A DNA stretch of 64,000 nt from Octopus sinensis (Eukaryota). The stretch is from assembly GCF_006345805.1 (NCBI RefSeq), contig NC_043015.1:21886001-21950000 (forward strand), given 5' to 3'. Both the position numbers and the translations under genes were made by a program. The notes below the pieces were generated by a model. The model ran no database searches, had not been told where the DNA came from, and worked only from the letters and a program-made list of their open reading frames with translations. This document shows, piece after piece, positions 12,025-25,221 of the stretch; within the stretch, counting starts at the first letter, position 1, and each line of letters begins with the position of its first letter.

Positions 12025-12395
12025 CTTGCAGTGGCCCGGTGTTTAGGGCAGCGGACTCGCGGTCGGAGGATCGCAGTTAAGATTCCCAGACCGGGCGTTG
12101 TGAGAGTTTATTGAGCAAAAACAACGAAATCTCTACGAGGCTCCGGCAGGGAGTGGTGGCGAACGCTGCTGTACTCTTTCACTTCACCATAACTTTCTTC
12201 CTGTTTCTGTTGTACCTGTATTTTTAAAGCGCTAGCCTTGTCACGCTCTGTGTCACGCTGAATCTCCCCGACAACTATCTTAAGGGTACACGTGGCTGTG
12301 GAGTGCTCAGCCATGTGCACGTTAATTTCACGAGCAGGCTGTTCCGTTGACCGGATCAACTGTCACCTTCGTCATTGTAACTGATGGAGTTTCAC
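12025..12395 (+). mobile_element. tRNA-derived SINE family C
   Basis: tRNA-like head (A box GTGGCCCGGTG, B-box-like segment); body matches 63605-63980. Confidence 0.85.
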
Positions 12396-13439
12396 GACGA
12401 AATGCCTTGCGGTATTTCTACTACGAATTTATGCTTTAGATTTGGGCTTGTCTCCAGACATTTGAAGATAGTTTATAAATTGTTTTTTCTCATAATACAA
12501 ATAAAAATAATTCCTAAAATATCTCAAATATATATTCAGTATATGAACAAAACATAAATTTTTAGACTTATTTTCTCTGTGCAACATTTGAACTTAATAA
12601 GCCTCAACGGTGTGAATGAAGGGGCAGAGTTCAAATGTAAGGAGAGAAATAGAGATTAAGAGGAACAGATTGAGAATAAAGAAGATTAGATGGAGAGGCA
12701 AATTGAGAATAATTAAGAGATGACTTAAAGATGAGTGATAGAGAAAGAGAGAGAGTACAAAATGAAAAAAAATAGATTGAGAATGAGAAGGAGAGAGAGA
12801 GATAGTAAGAGAAAGAAAAAAGTGAAGTACAAGTGTGGGTTGACATCCAAACTTGTGACATCACTGTTATCGCATTATTTATCTTCTGTCCGTTTCAATA
12901 AAATAAGGGCATGATCAAAATTTTAACTGGGATTAGTTCATGTAACCAAGTATGTTATGTGAGAGTAATTGTTTGAGAGACACCATGTTTAAAAATATCC
13001 AACAATACAATACACTTCACAAAATATTATCTTTATAAGTTATCATTTTCGACAGCATGCGTACGCAAGTCATGTTATCTGTGTGGGTATGTGTGTGTAT
13101 TTTACTATATTAGGTTCTTTGCGCCTAACAATCCTAAAAATAAGAGCTAGTATTTGCGCTGTATTTTGATTTGCATATAAGCGCTCCCATTTTCCTGTCC
13201 AATTGATATGGTTACATTTGTAGTTTATTTGCCTTCTATCTTTCTGAATGATGAAATAGAAACTATCACCAAAAAAAAAAAAAAACAGATAAAAATAGCG
13301 AACGGAAACAAAATGTTGTGCGCGGACATCCAAAGAAGAATTCTTGTATTATCGTGATTTGAAGGATTGGCTTGAAGAAGATAAAAATATATATATTTAA
13401 AAAGCTTTCTAGCGTAAAAGCTGCAACGGTCCTCTGAGA

Positions 13440-13900
13440 TATACGAATAAATCCATGCGAATGAAACACAAAGCTTCTGTCAAATATCAGAAATGCTTTG
13501 GTGCAACTAAATCTAGTGATGATATTTTTCAGTTCGTGGCCAAAAATAAGTCAACATGGAATGAATGGATCAAAGTGAAATGTGTACTGCAGGATATTAT
13601 GCTGATCACAAAATTCCTTTTGTATACGTTGATCACACTTTGAGGATGAATTGTAGAACATTGCTGGGCAGCAACTTCGCTGGTAATTATTAATGTCAAG
13701 AACAAAACATTCGAATACTATTCACGATGGGAAAATAAAACCATCTGGAAAAAATAATGCTACTTTTAAAATGTCAATGCTTTCACTTGTAATTGATGAA
13801 AGAACAGATATTCCAGTTAATTAGATTTGAGATCTACTTTGATTTGAACAAGCGTATTGACGTGCACATACAGTTAGATGCTGCAGTTATAGGAATTCAA
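13440..13900 (+). pseudogene. Possible hAT (Charlie/ZBED8-like) transposase relic
   Basis: LMSRTKHSNTI..MLSLVIDERTDI resembles the LSRxTV..FSLALDESTD block. Confidence 0.3.
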
Positions 13901-15397
13901 ATACTATTGTTTGTACAATTCTGTAACGTCTACATTGTATGAAAGAAATATTTATCTAACATTTAGTTATAATTGCAAACGTTACATTGTTCAGAAACAG
14001 ACAAAATTAGGTGCCAGAACTTATTAAAAATATTGTAGCATGGGATGAGTTTATTATTTTTCAGTATTTTGTTAGTCATGCTGCTGTTTACCTATTGGCT
14101 TCACATTTTGGAAAATATTTACAATCTTACTTCCTCACAGCTGTAAGAAACAAACGTGTTCACTTCTTCTGACAACTATATCTCATACATCTAGTACGGT
14201 GGGATGCCTATTTGTCTTACCTTCCCTTTTTTCTCCATTTCCAGTCAGGCGGTTGTTTTGTGCCTTTGTGTATGAATGTTTATTTTTCTATTTTATGTTG
14301 CATAGAATGTTTGTTTCCTAATCTGTTTTTTGACTTGATAACTTCTTCGTATTCTTTCTTATATATTCTTAGTCTTTCTACATTCAATAGTCGTATTCGG
14401 CTTGTGAAAAACGAAAATGTCTCCTCTTCCATTTTCTGATATATTTATATCAAATGTACATAATGTATCTTCAATTACGAAATATAATTACCATGTCTGT
14501 CATTAAATTATTTGCTTGTTTACTCCATATTTCTTTTATTTCTGTTTTCGATGATCTCTTTTACGTTAATTAATTTAAAAAATAAAAGCGTGTTCTTCTA
14601 TTCACATTTCACCGTCTGTAATTACATTGTACCAGTGTACAAATTTACCCGTCGAGTGCCAAACAGCTATTTACTAAGAATTAAACTTAAGTAAATTTAG
14701 TTACGATAACAGTATTAAACATGGTGATCCATCATTCATTCAGCTTATCTATGTTTATCGTTTGATTTATAACTGCTATTGACATAAAGTACAAGTCGAA
14801 AGAGAACCATATCAAACATACATATATATAGACAAACATTTATACCTATGCAGCGACATATCTTTAGAAACCTAACAGACTTGTGTCTCCTGAAATACTT
14901 GTAGCAATCTATATCGATCTGGTATGAAGCTACAAGACAAAGAAAAGAAATACAATAAAATAGAATAGAATAGAATAAAGTAAAACAAGATAAGATATGA
15001 TAAAGTGGGGAGGTAAAATACAGCGAATATAGAATATAATACAGGTAGTTTAATACACGGAGGTTTAATTTTCTTTAATAGCTTATTGGATACACACACA
15101 CACACACACACATACATGTATATTGTAAAAGATCATGGATATAAAATCTTTAAAGTTTCGTGGATACAAATGCTTTCAAAAGTTAAAAGGTTTTAAAACT
15201 AGTTAAATTTGAAGCAGCAGACTTCTGGTGTGTTGTTGATATGTGCGAGGTAGAGTTTGACCGTGCTGCTCTGTCTAGATCTTCAGCCGGGTAGGACAGA
15301 TCTACTGATGTTGTTTCTTTACTGGTTTCCCGCCATGAACTGTAGGGCAGGTCAAAGTATTCTTCCTTCTGCTGGTTGTATCCCTCTTAATCATTTG

Positions 15398-16710
15398 TAT
15401 TACAGATAAACAAGGAATAGAGTCCCGATTCAGTTAATTTTTTAAATAAAAATGAAGGAAACCTCAGACATAGGAGAATAGCTGTGAATACACCATCAGA
15501 AAATCAGGGATCACTGAGCTCATATTCCGTCGTTTATAACGCCGAATATTATCTTTTCAAATGTGAATATATTTTGGGGCATCAAACTAACATTGACGCG
15601 CCGAGTGAATTGAAATATAAATGTATAAATATATATTATAAATTAAGGTAATCTCGAATAAAGTTGAGTATGTGCGAAAACAGTTTTAGGAAACCGGGTA
15701 AAATACCTCTGCAGAGAGAAACAACTGTTTAGGACTCTATACTGTGAATCGAACTATGTGCGTCTCAAATCCTGGATGAGCACTCTGCAGTATTGAGACA
15801 AATGTATTTTGTTTTAGAAGCTATAATATTTAGCGTCATAAAAAGACGGATCAGTTTTCAGAGTGACTAGCACAGAGAGAGATCAGCAGGCCTTTGAGGG
15901 GAAAAGAGTTCGATTCACTGTAGCGCTTGCTGCCCTTTTTTCGTTTCCGTTTGTAGGGTGTATTTTCCTAGCTATTCTCCTGCGTTCTAGATTTCTTTCA
16001 TTTAACATTTAACATTTAGTATGAATAAAAGAGTAACGCTGTTAGGAGGGTTGTTAGGGAGAAAGGTGAGAAATAGTATAAAAAGCAATAAAGTATAAAA
16101 GAATCAGATACAATAAAGCGTGGGAATTGAAATGAAGTGAAACAATATGGAATGCAATAGAATTAGAGAAGTAGAAGTATCAACAGCAATGACAACGATG
16201 ACAGATGAGCACGTGACGACAAGAACAACAATAGAAACAACTATCATGGCGGTTACAACAACTGCCACAAGGCAATCATACCAGCTACAACAATACCAAC
16301 CACTACAAGAAACACCACGACAGCAATGAAAATATCTGGACTAGCATCGCAGACTGAAACTTTAGACGCTCCTTTGGTCGTTTAAAGTTTCTATCTGCAG
16401 AGGTATTTTACCCGATTTCCTAAAGCTGTTTTCGCACATACTCAACTTTATTCGATATTTCCTTAATTTCTAATATATATTTATACATTTATATTTCAAT
16501 TCACTCGGCGCGTCAATGTTAGTTTGATGCCCCAAAATATATTCACATTTGAAAAGCTAATACTCGGCGTTATAGAAGACGGAATATGAGCTCAGTTATC
16601 CCTGATTTTCTGAAGGTGTATTCACAGCTATTCTCCTATGTCTGAGGTTTCCTTCATTTTTATAAAACAAATTACCTGAATCGGGACTCTATTCTTGTTT
16701 ATCTGTAATG
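15398..16710. repeat. Long inverted repeat: arms 15398-15722 and 16387-16710, spacer ~665 bp
   Basis: Arms are near-identical reverse complements by eye. Confidence 0.9.
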
Positions 16711-16718
16711 AAATCTTC

Positions 16719-16780
<62 letters not shown>

Positions 16781-16783
<3 letters not shown>

Positions 16784-16984
16784 TTAATAAATCTTAGGGC
16801 AGCAAAGAAAATTAGAAAAATTCTTTGCTACCAGTGGTCTAGCGAGAAGGAAAAATTAATCAATAGACTATATATTGTTCATAGAAAAATACAGTGTACA
16901 TTTAAACACATAAGAGGTGACCATAATAGGTCCTATTATGGTCATCTATTATGTGTTTAAATGTACACTGAATTTTTCTATGAA
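16781..16984. mobile_element. Foldback element in (TA)n; palindrome 16878-16984 with 1-nt loop
   Basis: ~53 bp arms centred on 16931; left part homologous to 23231-23315. Confidence 0.85.
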
Positions 16985-17022
16985 TTATATATATACACAT
17001 ACATATGTACATATATATATAT

Positions 17023-17240
17023 ACTCTTTACTCTTTTACTCTTTTACTTGTTTCAGTCATTTTGACTGCGGCCATGCTGGAGCACCGCCTTTAGTCGAGC
17101 AAATCGACCCCAGGACTTATTCTTTGTAAGCCCAGTACTTATTCTATCGGTCTCTTTTGCTGAACCGCTAAGTAACGGGGACATAAACACACCAGCATCG
17201 GTTGTCAAGCAATGCTAGGGGGACAAACACAGACACACAA
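17023..17240 (-). mobile_element. tRNA-derived SINE family A, 3' half
   Basis: Reverse complement of the 3' half of 53161-53530. Confidence 0.9.
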
Positions 17241-17250
17241 ACATACACAT

Positions 17251-17315
<65 letters not shown>

Positions 17316-17371
17316 TATGTATGTATGTGTTTGTGCGTGTATGTATGTCTATCTCTGCATATGTATATATA

Positions 17372-17564
17372 TGATGAGTGCTGAAATATCCCTGGTTTTA
17401 AAGGTGTCGGAAAAATCTTGGTTAGAGACTCAACTTTGCGAGTTCTTTGCAGGGCTCAGAGCAACTGAAGGACCGCTTCAATAAGTGTGCGAATCTGAAA
17501 AGCGAATCTGAAAAGCGAACATGTTGATTAAAATCATAGCGAAGAAATTTTCAGCACCACTTCA
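17372..17564 (+). mobile_element. Internally deleted mariner (MITE)
   Basis: Imperfect TIRs GAGTGCTGAAA / TTTCAGCACCAC with TA flanks; encodes mariner-like C-terminus LKDRFNKCANLKSEHVD*. Confidence 0.7.
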
Positions 17565-17697
17565 TATATATATATTTCCCATATAACAGCATAATTGTTG
17601 TTGCCCACCAATATTATTGTTATTGTTATTTATTATTTACATATTTACTGCCAATGATAATAATGGGAATAATATGTATATGAATATGTACTCATTT

Positions 17698-17740
<43 letters not shown>

Positions 17741-17744
<4 letters not shown>

Positions 17745-17900
17745 GAAATTTATAGAAAAACAAAAGGCGAAGATAGGTGTATAAATGACAAACGGGTGTA
17801 TCAGCTTGTCGCTCGAGATGGTGAGAAAGTATTTTACGTTTCGAGTCTATGCTCTTCAATAGAAAGGAACACGATGAAATAAAAAGAGAGAGAATAAAAG
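17741..17900 (-). mobile_element. PLE pseudo-LTR fragment with degenerate hammerhead (17831-17866)
   Basis: Minus strand CTTT CTATTGA A GAGC ATA GACTC GAAAC GT A AAAT; 3' end abuts (TA)n; same family as 55711. Confidence 0.6.
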
Positions 17901-18812
17901 CTTCTGCATTTAGCGTCAGTCATGGTGGTGTGTGTATGTTAGTGTGTGTGTGTGTTTGTGTGTATGTATGTGTATGTGTGTACGCATATTATGTTTAATA
18001 GATATGGATTGGCTTTATAGATCTGCTAGAAACTTATACACTTTCTCATACATGTGGTAACGGCGAAAGTCTCTCAAAGTGATCAGAAAGTTACAATGCA
18101 AGCTGATACTGCCTTGATTCTTCCATAGGATTTCATCGAATGTTTTGCTCTTTTCAGCTTATAGATATGATACGAATCAAACGACGCTTTGCCTGATGAT
18201 TTTTAACATAAAGAAGGACTTGCCAAAGCAAACCTCACTCGCCAAATATAGTTTTGATTGTAGAATTTCTAGCTCACGATTATTTGGGGGCATTTACACG
18301 AACAGAGAAACCATTTGACGTTAAATGTAAAAGCAGTCGCCGTGTTTACATTAGTTTTCTTTTTCTTTCTAAATATAACCTATTGTCTCTGACTCATAAC
18401 CATTTGATATTTCAGTCAGTACACATTTAATTCACCCTTTGTCAGGGCTTGTGTTTCGTTCCACATGATGTCCCATGAAAACCGCTCTCGTTAGCAAGAA
18501 GGCTAGGTCGTGTTGCTTACTTGTTACCCGACAGTCCCACCATGTGTCAGTCACATGGGTGGATTGTTACCAATGACGTCTTGTTTGACCTCAAATATCT
18601 CCTGCTGAAGTCGGTTGCGGAGTTTCATATTCAGAAAACCATAAAATTTATCCCATTCCGTGTCTGCTATTAGCTTTGGCATTTTGCTTCTAGTGTTTCT
18701 GAACAAAATGTTGATGTCAACGCTGTTATTTCTGTTGTTACTGGTGCTTTGGATTACTTTGATAGGTTTCGGCCATGTCTAATTTAATAGCACCACATGG
18801 TGAAGTCTTTTA

Positions 18813-19360
18813 GTTATATATGGAGTACCATGGTCGACTCTGGCAAAGAGTTATTATTGTTGGAGACATATCTGGGTGTAGTAGGTTGGTCCGGAATTTT
18901 TTGAAGAAATTTGTCCTGTGAACATTTGAATTTTATGGGAACCGTTTCCATTTTGACATAGTTTGGTAAGGTATTAAAGCGATCTGGACCAGTTGAAGTA
19001 AAGTAGTTGTGTCGTATTGGTATGTGTTTTGATTTTTGTAGTGTGTCGATAGCACGGGGACGAAGTTTTGGGTGCATTTTAAAATTGATGCCAACATCAT
19101 TTGTGTAATATTGATGGAATATTTTCCACACCATGCAAATGATGCGGCGCTCCTGGCAGTGTTGGAGAGAGTAGAGCTTGAGTTTGTTTTTAGTCTACCC
19201 CAATAGTCAATACTTGTCATACCGTCTATTTTTCTTGTTATTGACCTCTGAAGAGCTTCCAATTTCATAATGAGTTGCTATATTTTGTTACTGGTTTGGG
19301 TGATGAAAGCAATTGAGTGTTACGCACCATTGCTTGATAATTGCAACTCCATTAAGCTTT
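18813..19360 (-). mobile_element. CR1/L2-type LINE 3' fragment
   Basis: KLEALQRSITRKIDGMTSIDYWGRLK..LYSLQ..ERRII..WKI..GPDRFNTLP, typical of CR1-group C-termini. Confidence 0.75.
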
Positions 19361-19809
19361 GGAGTTTTAAACTGAGATAAGGCAGCAATTGTTCTGCAAA
19401 GACGTAGATTCGGAGGTTATCTCGCGTGAGGTAATTTGATGGTTCATTACTGTGAATTGAGTCGGCAGCGAACTAGCAGAATCATAGGAGCTTTGGATAC
19501 ACACCTTGTCGTATTCTTTCTGGCTCTTTAGGCTATGTGTGTGGGTTTGTGCGTGTGTGTGTATGTGTGCGTGCGTGTGTAGATGTATGTGTGTGCTTGC
19601 ATGTGTGTATATAATATGCATATGTGTGTGTATGCATAATATGTATATATGGGTGTGTGCATTTGTGTATGCTAACAGACTTATATGAGTATATGGACAT
19701 GTGGGCGTTCCAAAAACACAACAAAAAAGTCAGGATGATTCCGATTGGAACGAATAAGTTATTTCAGTTAAGGTGACCTGAAGATAGACTCCTCCCACCT
19801 TCATCAATA

Positions 19810-19816
19810 AAACTAC

Positions 19817-19869
<53 letters not shown>

Positions 19870-19902
19870 TTACAACTACTACTACTACTACTACAACTAC
19901 AG

Positions 19903-19935
<33 letters not shown>

Positions 19936-19967
19936 TTACAACTACTACTACTACTACTACAACTACA

Positions 19968-20014
<47 letters not shown>

Positions 20015-20015
20015 C
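19810..20015. repeat. (ACT)n microsatellite
   Basis: Direct repeats. Confidence 0.95.
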
Positions 20016-20624
20016 TCCAAGTGTATACAGCGTTCATTATACAATTGTAGTTATCATGAATCGATATTAATTTCTCTAAGTACAGTTAATAAAGTTCTTC
20101 TGAATGTGTTTATTCGGTGTGCTTGTGTCTGTGTGGTATGTATGATTGTGTGCATGTATGAGTGTTTGCATGTGTTTCTTTGTATATGTGTTGTGGGTGT
20201 ACTTCTGCGTGTGCGTGTAGTTTTTTCGTGTGCGTATATGATTCCAAAGCGACAGTATAACTTTATTTCATACGTTTGAGACAACAAAATGATAACCGCG
20301 AGCAATTGTTTTCAGGACGGTATTGTATAAATGGTTTCCCAAGAGCTAGAAATTTAGTAGTTTATCTAATAAATCATATTCCCAGACATGAAAAGTTACA
20401 AGTTTAAACATGGTAGCTATAAAATATCTCGGCAAGGATAACATTAAATAAATCAGGATAATCACTTTTTCTAGCTTTTGTTCACCGGTTTACTCAAGAA
20501 GGGTAGCAACAACAACATTAGAAAAAGAAGCCATTTGCATAGTCGCTTAGTCTGCTAGACATTACCGTCAGATTGCCCTCATAATACGTTGTAATCAATT
20601 AAAACAGCGAAAAGAGATATTAAA

Positions 20625-21186
20625 GAATGATTTCAAATTTTGGCACAAGGCCTGTAAGAGGTAAATCGAACACATCCACCACAGTTCTCAACTGGTACTT
20701 ATTTTATCCACCCTGAAACGGACGAAAGGCAAAGTCAACTTTGGCAGAATTTTAATTCAGCACCTAAAGACAGGCAAAATGGCGCAGAGCATTTTGCCCG
20801 ACGTGCTATCGATTCTGCCAGCTTGCTGCCTTCAGAAAATATTAAACACTCCTTTCTACTAAAGGCACAAGGCCTGAAATTTTCGAGGAGGGGGTATGTC
20901 GATTACATCGATTCCAGTGTTTTACTGGTATTTAATTTATCGACTCCGAGGGCATGAACGACAAAGTCAACCTTGGCCGAATTTGAACTCGGAACGTAGC
21001 GATAGATCAAATACCGCCAATAATTCGTCCAGCTTGCTACAGATTCTGCCAGCTCACAGCATTGAGGAAATATTAAATGAGCTTTTTTTATTCTAGTCAC
21101 CAGAGGAAGAGGGGGCCAGTCGATTAGATCGACCCCAGTACGGGACTAGTACTTTATCGAAACAATCAAAGTCGACTTCGGCGGAA
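20625..21186 (-). mobile_element. Three stacked family B SINEs (20625-20832, 20850-21058, 21100-21186)
   Basis: Repeated AAGGCCTG..GTCGATTA..ACTGGTA..TATCGA..AAAGTCAAC..AATTTGAACTC blocks. Confidence 0.85.
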
Positions 21187-23221
21187 TAAGGAGACATTGA
21201 ATGATGCCGTCTTAAATATGGTATATATTAATTTTGTCATATGTAAATTCAACAACTACAACAACAACAACATAAAAAACAGTTTGATATATCACTTTGG
21301 AGGGAGGACCAACGTTTATAGATGGTGTGTTTCTCAATGGTATTGGCCCCAGAAATTGTTGGGCAGGTTATTTTATATACATCCTTGAAGGATGGAAAGC
21401 AAAATTGGCATTAGAAAGATTTTGACTCAGATTGCAAAGAACGGGAACAAACGCAGCAAACCATTGTAACCGACGTTTGGTGATTCACTTCGCTCGAAAT
21501 CTCCGGCAACATTACAAGGAACACCAATGTCAGGTCTATGTTTCACTTTAATGAATGTTTGCAAGGCGGGAGTTTTACCCTTAATATAACGTATTAATTG
21601 CAAATATGATATGTCGACCGCCTTCGCCAACATATATGTACATTAGTTTTCCGAATTGTCAGTTGTGTACTGATCTCAGATAAAACAAATCATACAGATA
21701 ACACCCTTATCAGTTTATCGTATATTTAATTGTCTGACATTGTCCGCAGAAATACAATTAAGCAAAATACTATTATCAAATAACTACCATTAAATGCACA
21801 TTTCAATTCGATAGAGACACTTGCGAGAGAATGAAGGAATGAAATATTATAAAATAATACAATAATACTTAGTTTCATTAGTCATTAATACTATTTATGT
21901 CTGATTTATTCGTTGTGTCATCATGCTTATATGACATTCATTTATATTCAATTGCTGGGTGAGTCTTTATAATTTTTGTAATAACTTCCAAATATTGCCG
22001 AAATTAGAATATGAAGTTAGTAATTGTCATATATATTTACTTTTAGCAGAACTAAAGCTGGAGATTATTTTAAGTTGTCTTGACTTGCTAGGAATAGCTA
22101 CCACCTAGTCTACATATCAACTACCAGAATCTGAAGCATGAGGCGAAGAAATATTGGAAAATATTGTCCCCAGTTTATATATAAAATATGAAATGTAAAG
22201 TGAAGCAATTTTGAGTATAGTGCTGCTACCTCACGGCTTGTTGGGGGCTGAAATATAAGAATGCATTTCGGCATTTACACTTTACAAGTAAATAGGGTTA
22301 ATTTATTTGTTAACCTCTGGGATGAATGTAATCGACACATTCCCCTTGCCTTGCAAAAGGATGTGGGGCCTCGTTTCTATGGTGAAAACCATTATAGTAG
22401 GATTATGTCGATGGAGTAACAGAATTCAGTGAATGGGCGACAATTTAACGCGTAGCATTTACCGCCGTTTATTCACGTTCACTGTTGAAATGGCATTAGA
22501 ATCAGTTTAGTCGTTGAACATCGAAGGGAACAATGAAAAATAAAGTAGAATTCAATATAAAGAATGGAATCAGCTACAGATTCACTCAAAATTTGTGAGC
22601 TTCTACCAATGAGAAAGAATAATTTTAAACCGAGTGTCTACCAGTACTTAGGATAATGGCTTTCCTATTTCGAAGACGCACGGGGGAAAGTTTGACTTCC
22701 ATCACCAAAACTTAAAGAAGTAAATATTAGTTCAGTACTAGTGTAATGTAGTCGGCTATATACATAAACCGTCCAAAACCTGTTGTTTATGCCATTGTTT
22801 AAAATCAATTTTACAATTTATGAATCATCTGTTGTGTTATAATACGATACAACATTCATATTTATTCAAATGTGATATATATCAAATTTTTATTCGACTT
22901 GACCACCCACCTTTATAATATTATTCAAATTCGAATATTGAATTAGTCGTTGCTATTAAATTTATCATCCGAAAGCGGAGAACTTGCAGAGTTGTTCGGT
23001 CATCGCCTTTTGTTCATGTACCAGCTCAAATCACACCGATATAAATGCTGTATTTCCTGCTTCCAGGGACCACAAAACATAATGCCAGGAAAGAACTAAG
23101 GACGATATCATAGACTATACTACTTTAACAAACATTAAACTCAATTGAAATTATGTTGTAAATAAACATATATAGAGAGGTGATTTGGTAGAGGGAAACT
23201 GAAAGAAACATGCCATATATA

Positions 23222-23631
23222 TTTACATTTCCAGTGGTCTAACGTTTAAAAAATTTAGTCCAACAGACTATATATTAGTCATACGATATAGTGTATATTT
23301 AAACACATGAGGAACCACTCATATGAATCCAACACGCTAGAAAGAACAGCTAGGTTCTATAACCACAAAAATTAGAGATAAAATTCGACAGGAACGAAAC
23401 GAAAACTAAAAAACATTTTACCATCTAGATTCCTGGACCAATTGGTTTCTGACTCGCTAAACTAAAATCAGAAACCAATTGGTCCAAGAAACTAGATGGT
23501 AAAATGTTTTTTTATTTTTCATTTCGTTCCTGTTGAATTTTATCCCTAATTTTTATGGTAATAGAACCTAGCTGTTCTTTCTAGCGTGTTGGATTCATAT
23601 AAGTGGATTTCTCATGTGTTTAAATATACAC
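23222..23631. mobile_element. Foldback element; arms 23291-23452 and 23468-23631
   Basis: ~163 bp reverse-complement arms with a 15 bp spacer; each arm starts with GAAACCAATTGGTC (hammerhead 3' half). Confidence 0.85.
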
Positions 23632-23633
23632 AA

Positions 23634-24412
23634 CTAGCAGCATAGCCCGGCGTTGCCCGGGTATGTAAGAGCCCCTAGTAGGCAACGACTAATCCCAATC
23701 TAGTCTTTTCCCTCTAGGGAACGAAGGCGCATGTGTAGGTTGCAATGTCTTCTCTTCACTCCTAAATAACTATCAAACAGCTTTCGATAATTCAACCCAA
23801 CCAATTCCTACCACGAAGAAATTACATCCGAGACTTTACCCCCAACACCGCCACTTCTACTAATAGCTGCTGCAGCCGCAAGTTATTCGAATACTTATTT
23901 TGTTTAAACTTTCTTTATAACTACCACCCCAAACTTTTTACCTTAAATTTTTGACGTACCGTAAGGGTCCTCGGACGCTACTTGCAAACTCTTGGTTTAT
24001 TATAAACCGCTTTTGTCGTGTGCACTAAAAAACCTTTTCCATTCGTTTGTTCTGTTTGGTCACTTTTTACTTTTTCGTTGTTGTCACTCACATTGCTGCC
24101 CGCTTTTTTGTCGTTTTTGTACATTGTTATACATTTTAGGATACTTACCCCACGTGTTCCGAGAGTTAAAAATTTCAAGCTGCGTCCCCTAGACAGTCTG
24201 TAGAAAATGTGTTGCATATAAAAAGCTTAGATTCTCGACCCATGTCGAATTTATCGATTTTTTTCAGAACTGGGGGAGCTTTTCAAACTTTTCACTGCGT
24301 TAGTTTTGAATTATGACATTGGGCTGTGTGTGTCAAGTTTCATCAGAATCGGTTGAAAGCCGTGGTCAGGGTGAGGGTACAACCTGACAGACACACAGAC
24401 AGACAAACTGCC

Positions 24413-24430
<18 letters not shown>
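23634..24430 (-). mobile_element. Non-autonomous Helitron (Lep1-like)
   Basis: Minus-strand 3' end: CCCGG-GCAACG-CCGGG hairpin, then CTAG followed by T. The other end has AAGTTTCATCAGAATCGG..(ACAG)n..TTTATATAT typical of such elements. Confidence 0.8.
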
Positions 24431-24466
<36 letters not shown>

Positions 24467-24517
24467 ATGTGTATGTGTGTGTATGTATACATATGTATGT
24501 TTGTGATTGTTAGTTGT

Positions 24518-24718
24518 GTCTGTGTTTGTCTCCCCACCATCACTTCAAAACCGATGTTGTTGTGTTTACGTCCCCGTAACATAGCGGTTCGGCTAAAGGC
24601 CGATAAAATAAGTACCAGGCTTACAAAGAATATGTCCTGCGGTCGATTTGTTCGACTAAAGGTGGTGCTCCAGCATGGCCGCAGTCAAATGACTGAAACA
24701 AGTAAAGGAATAAGTAAA
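24518..24718 (+). mobile_element. Family A SINE, 3' half
   Basis: TTTACGTCCCCGTAAC..AATAAGTACCAGGCTTACAAAG..CAGCATGGCCGCAGTCAAATGACTGAAACAAG. Confidence 0.9.
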
Positions 24719-24990
24719 TGTTTTAATTCATCTTCACGATATTATTAATCTTCAAATATTTATTTCGTCTGTGGCACATGAATAAAAAGCCGAGGACGAT
24801 AAAATGTTATACTAAAAGCTCTGAGCTGTTCAGTAAACGTATCATTATATTCTCAGCTCAAATCCAGTTCGCCAAACGTTAATAAAATACGTAACAGTTC
24901 CGAATGGGGGATTCACATTACAGTCATCCATATAATAAAATACTTTAGTGTTGTTGGAGATGCCTTTTGTGAATGTACATCTGAAGGGAA

Positions 24991-25205
24991 GCAGTGAGCT
25001 GGCAGAATCATAAGCAAGCCAAGCAAAATGTTTATCGACATTGCGGACGTCTTTAGGTTCTGAGTTCACATTCCACCAAAGTCGACTTTGCCTTTCATCA
25101 TTTCGGTGCTGATAAGTACGGGGATCGTTGTAATCGATTGATTCCTCTTCCAAAACTTTCTGCCCAAATTTGGAATCAATATATTGGCGCTGAAATGTAG
25201 TAAAA
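24991..25205 (+). mobile_element. Family B SINE
   Basis: GAGCTGGCAGAATC head; TTCTGAGTTCACATTCC B-box-like segment; GTCGACTTTGCCTTTCATC. Confidence 0.8.
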
Positions 25206-25221
25206 GGAAAATGTATAAATC

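Noticed and set aside
16596-16640. CTGA(A/T)GG-TGTATTCAC in the long inverted repeat
   Set aside because: No GAAA and no stem III.
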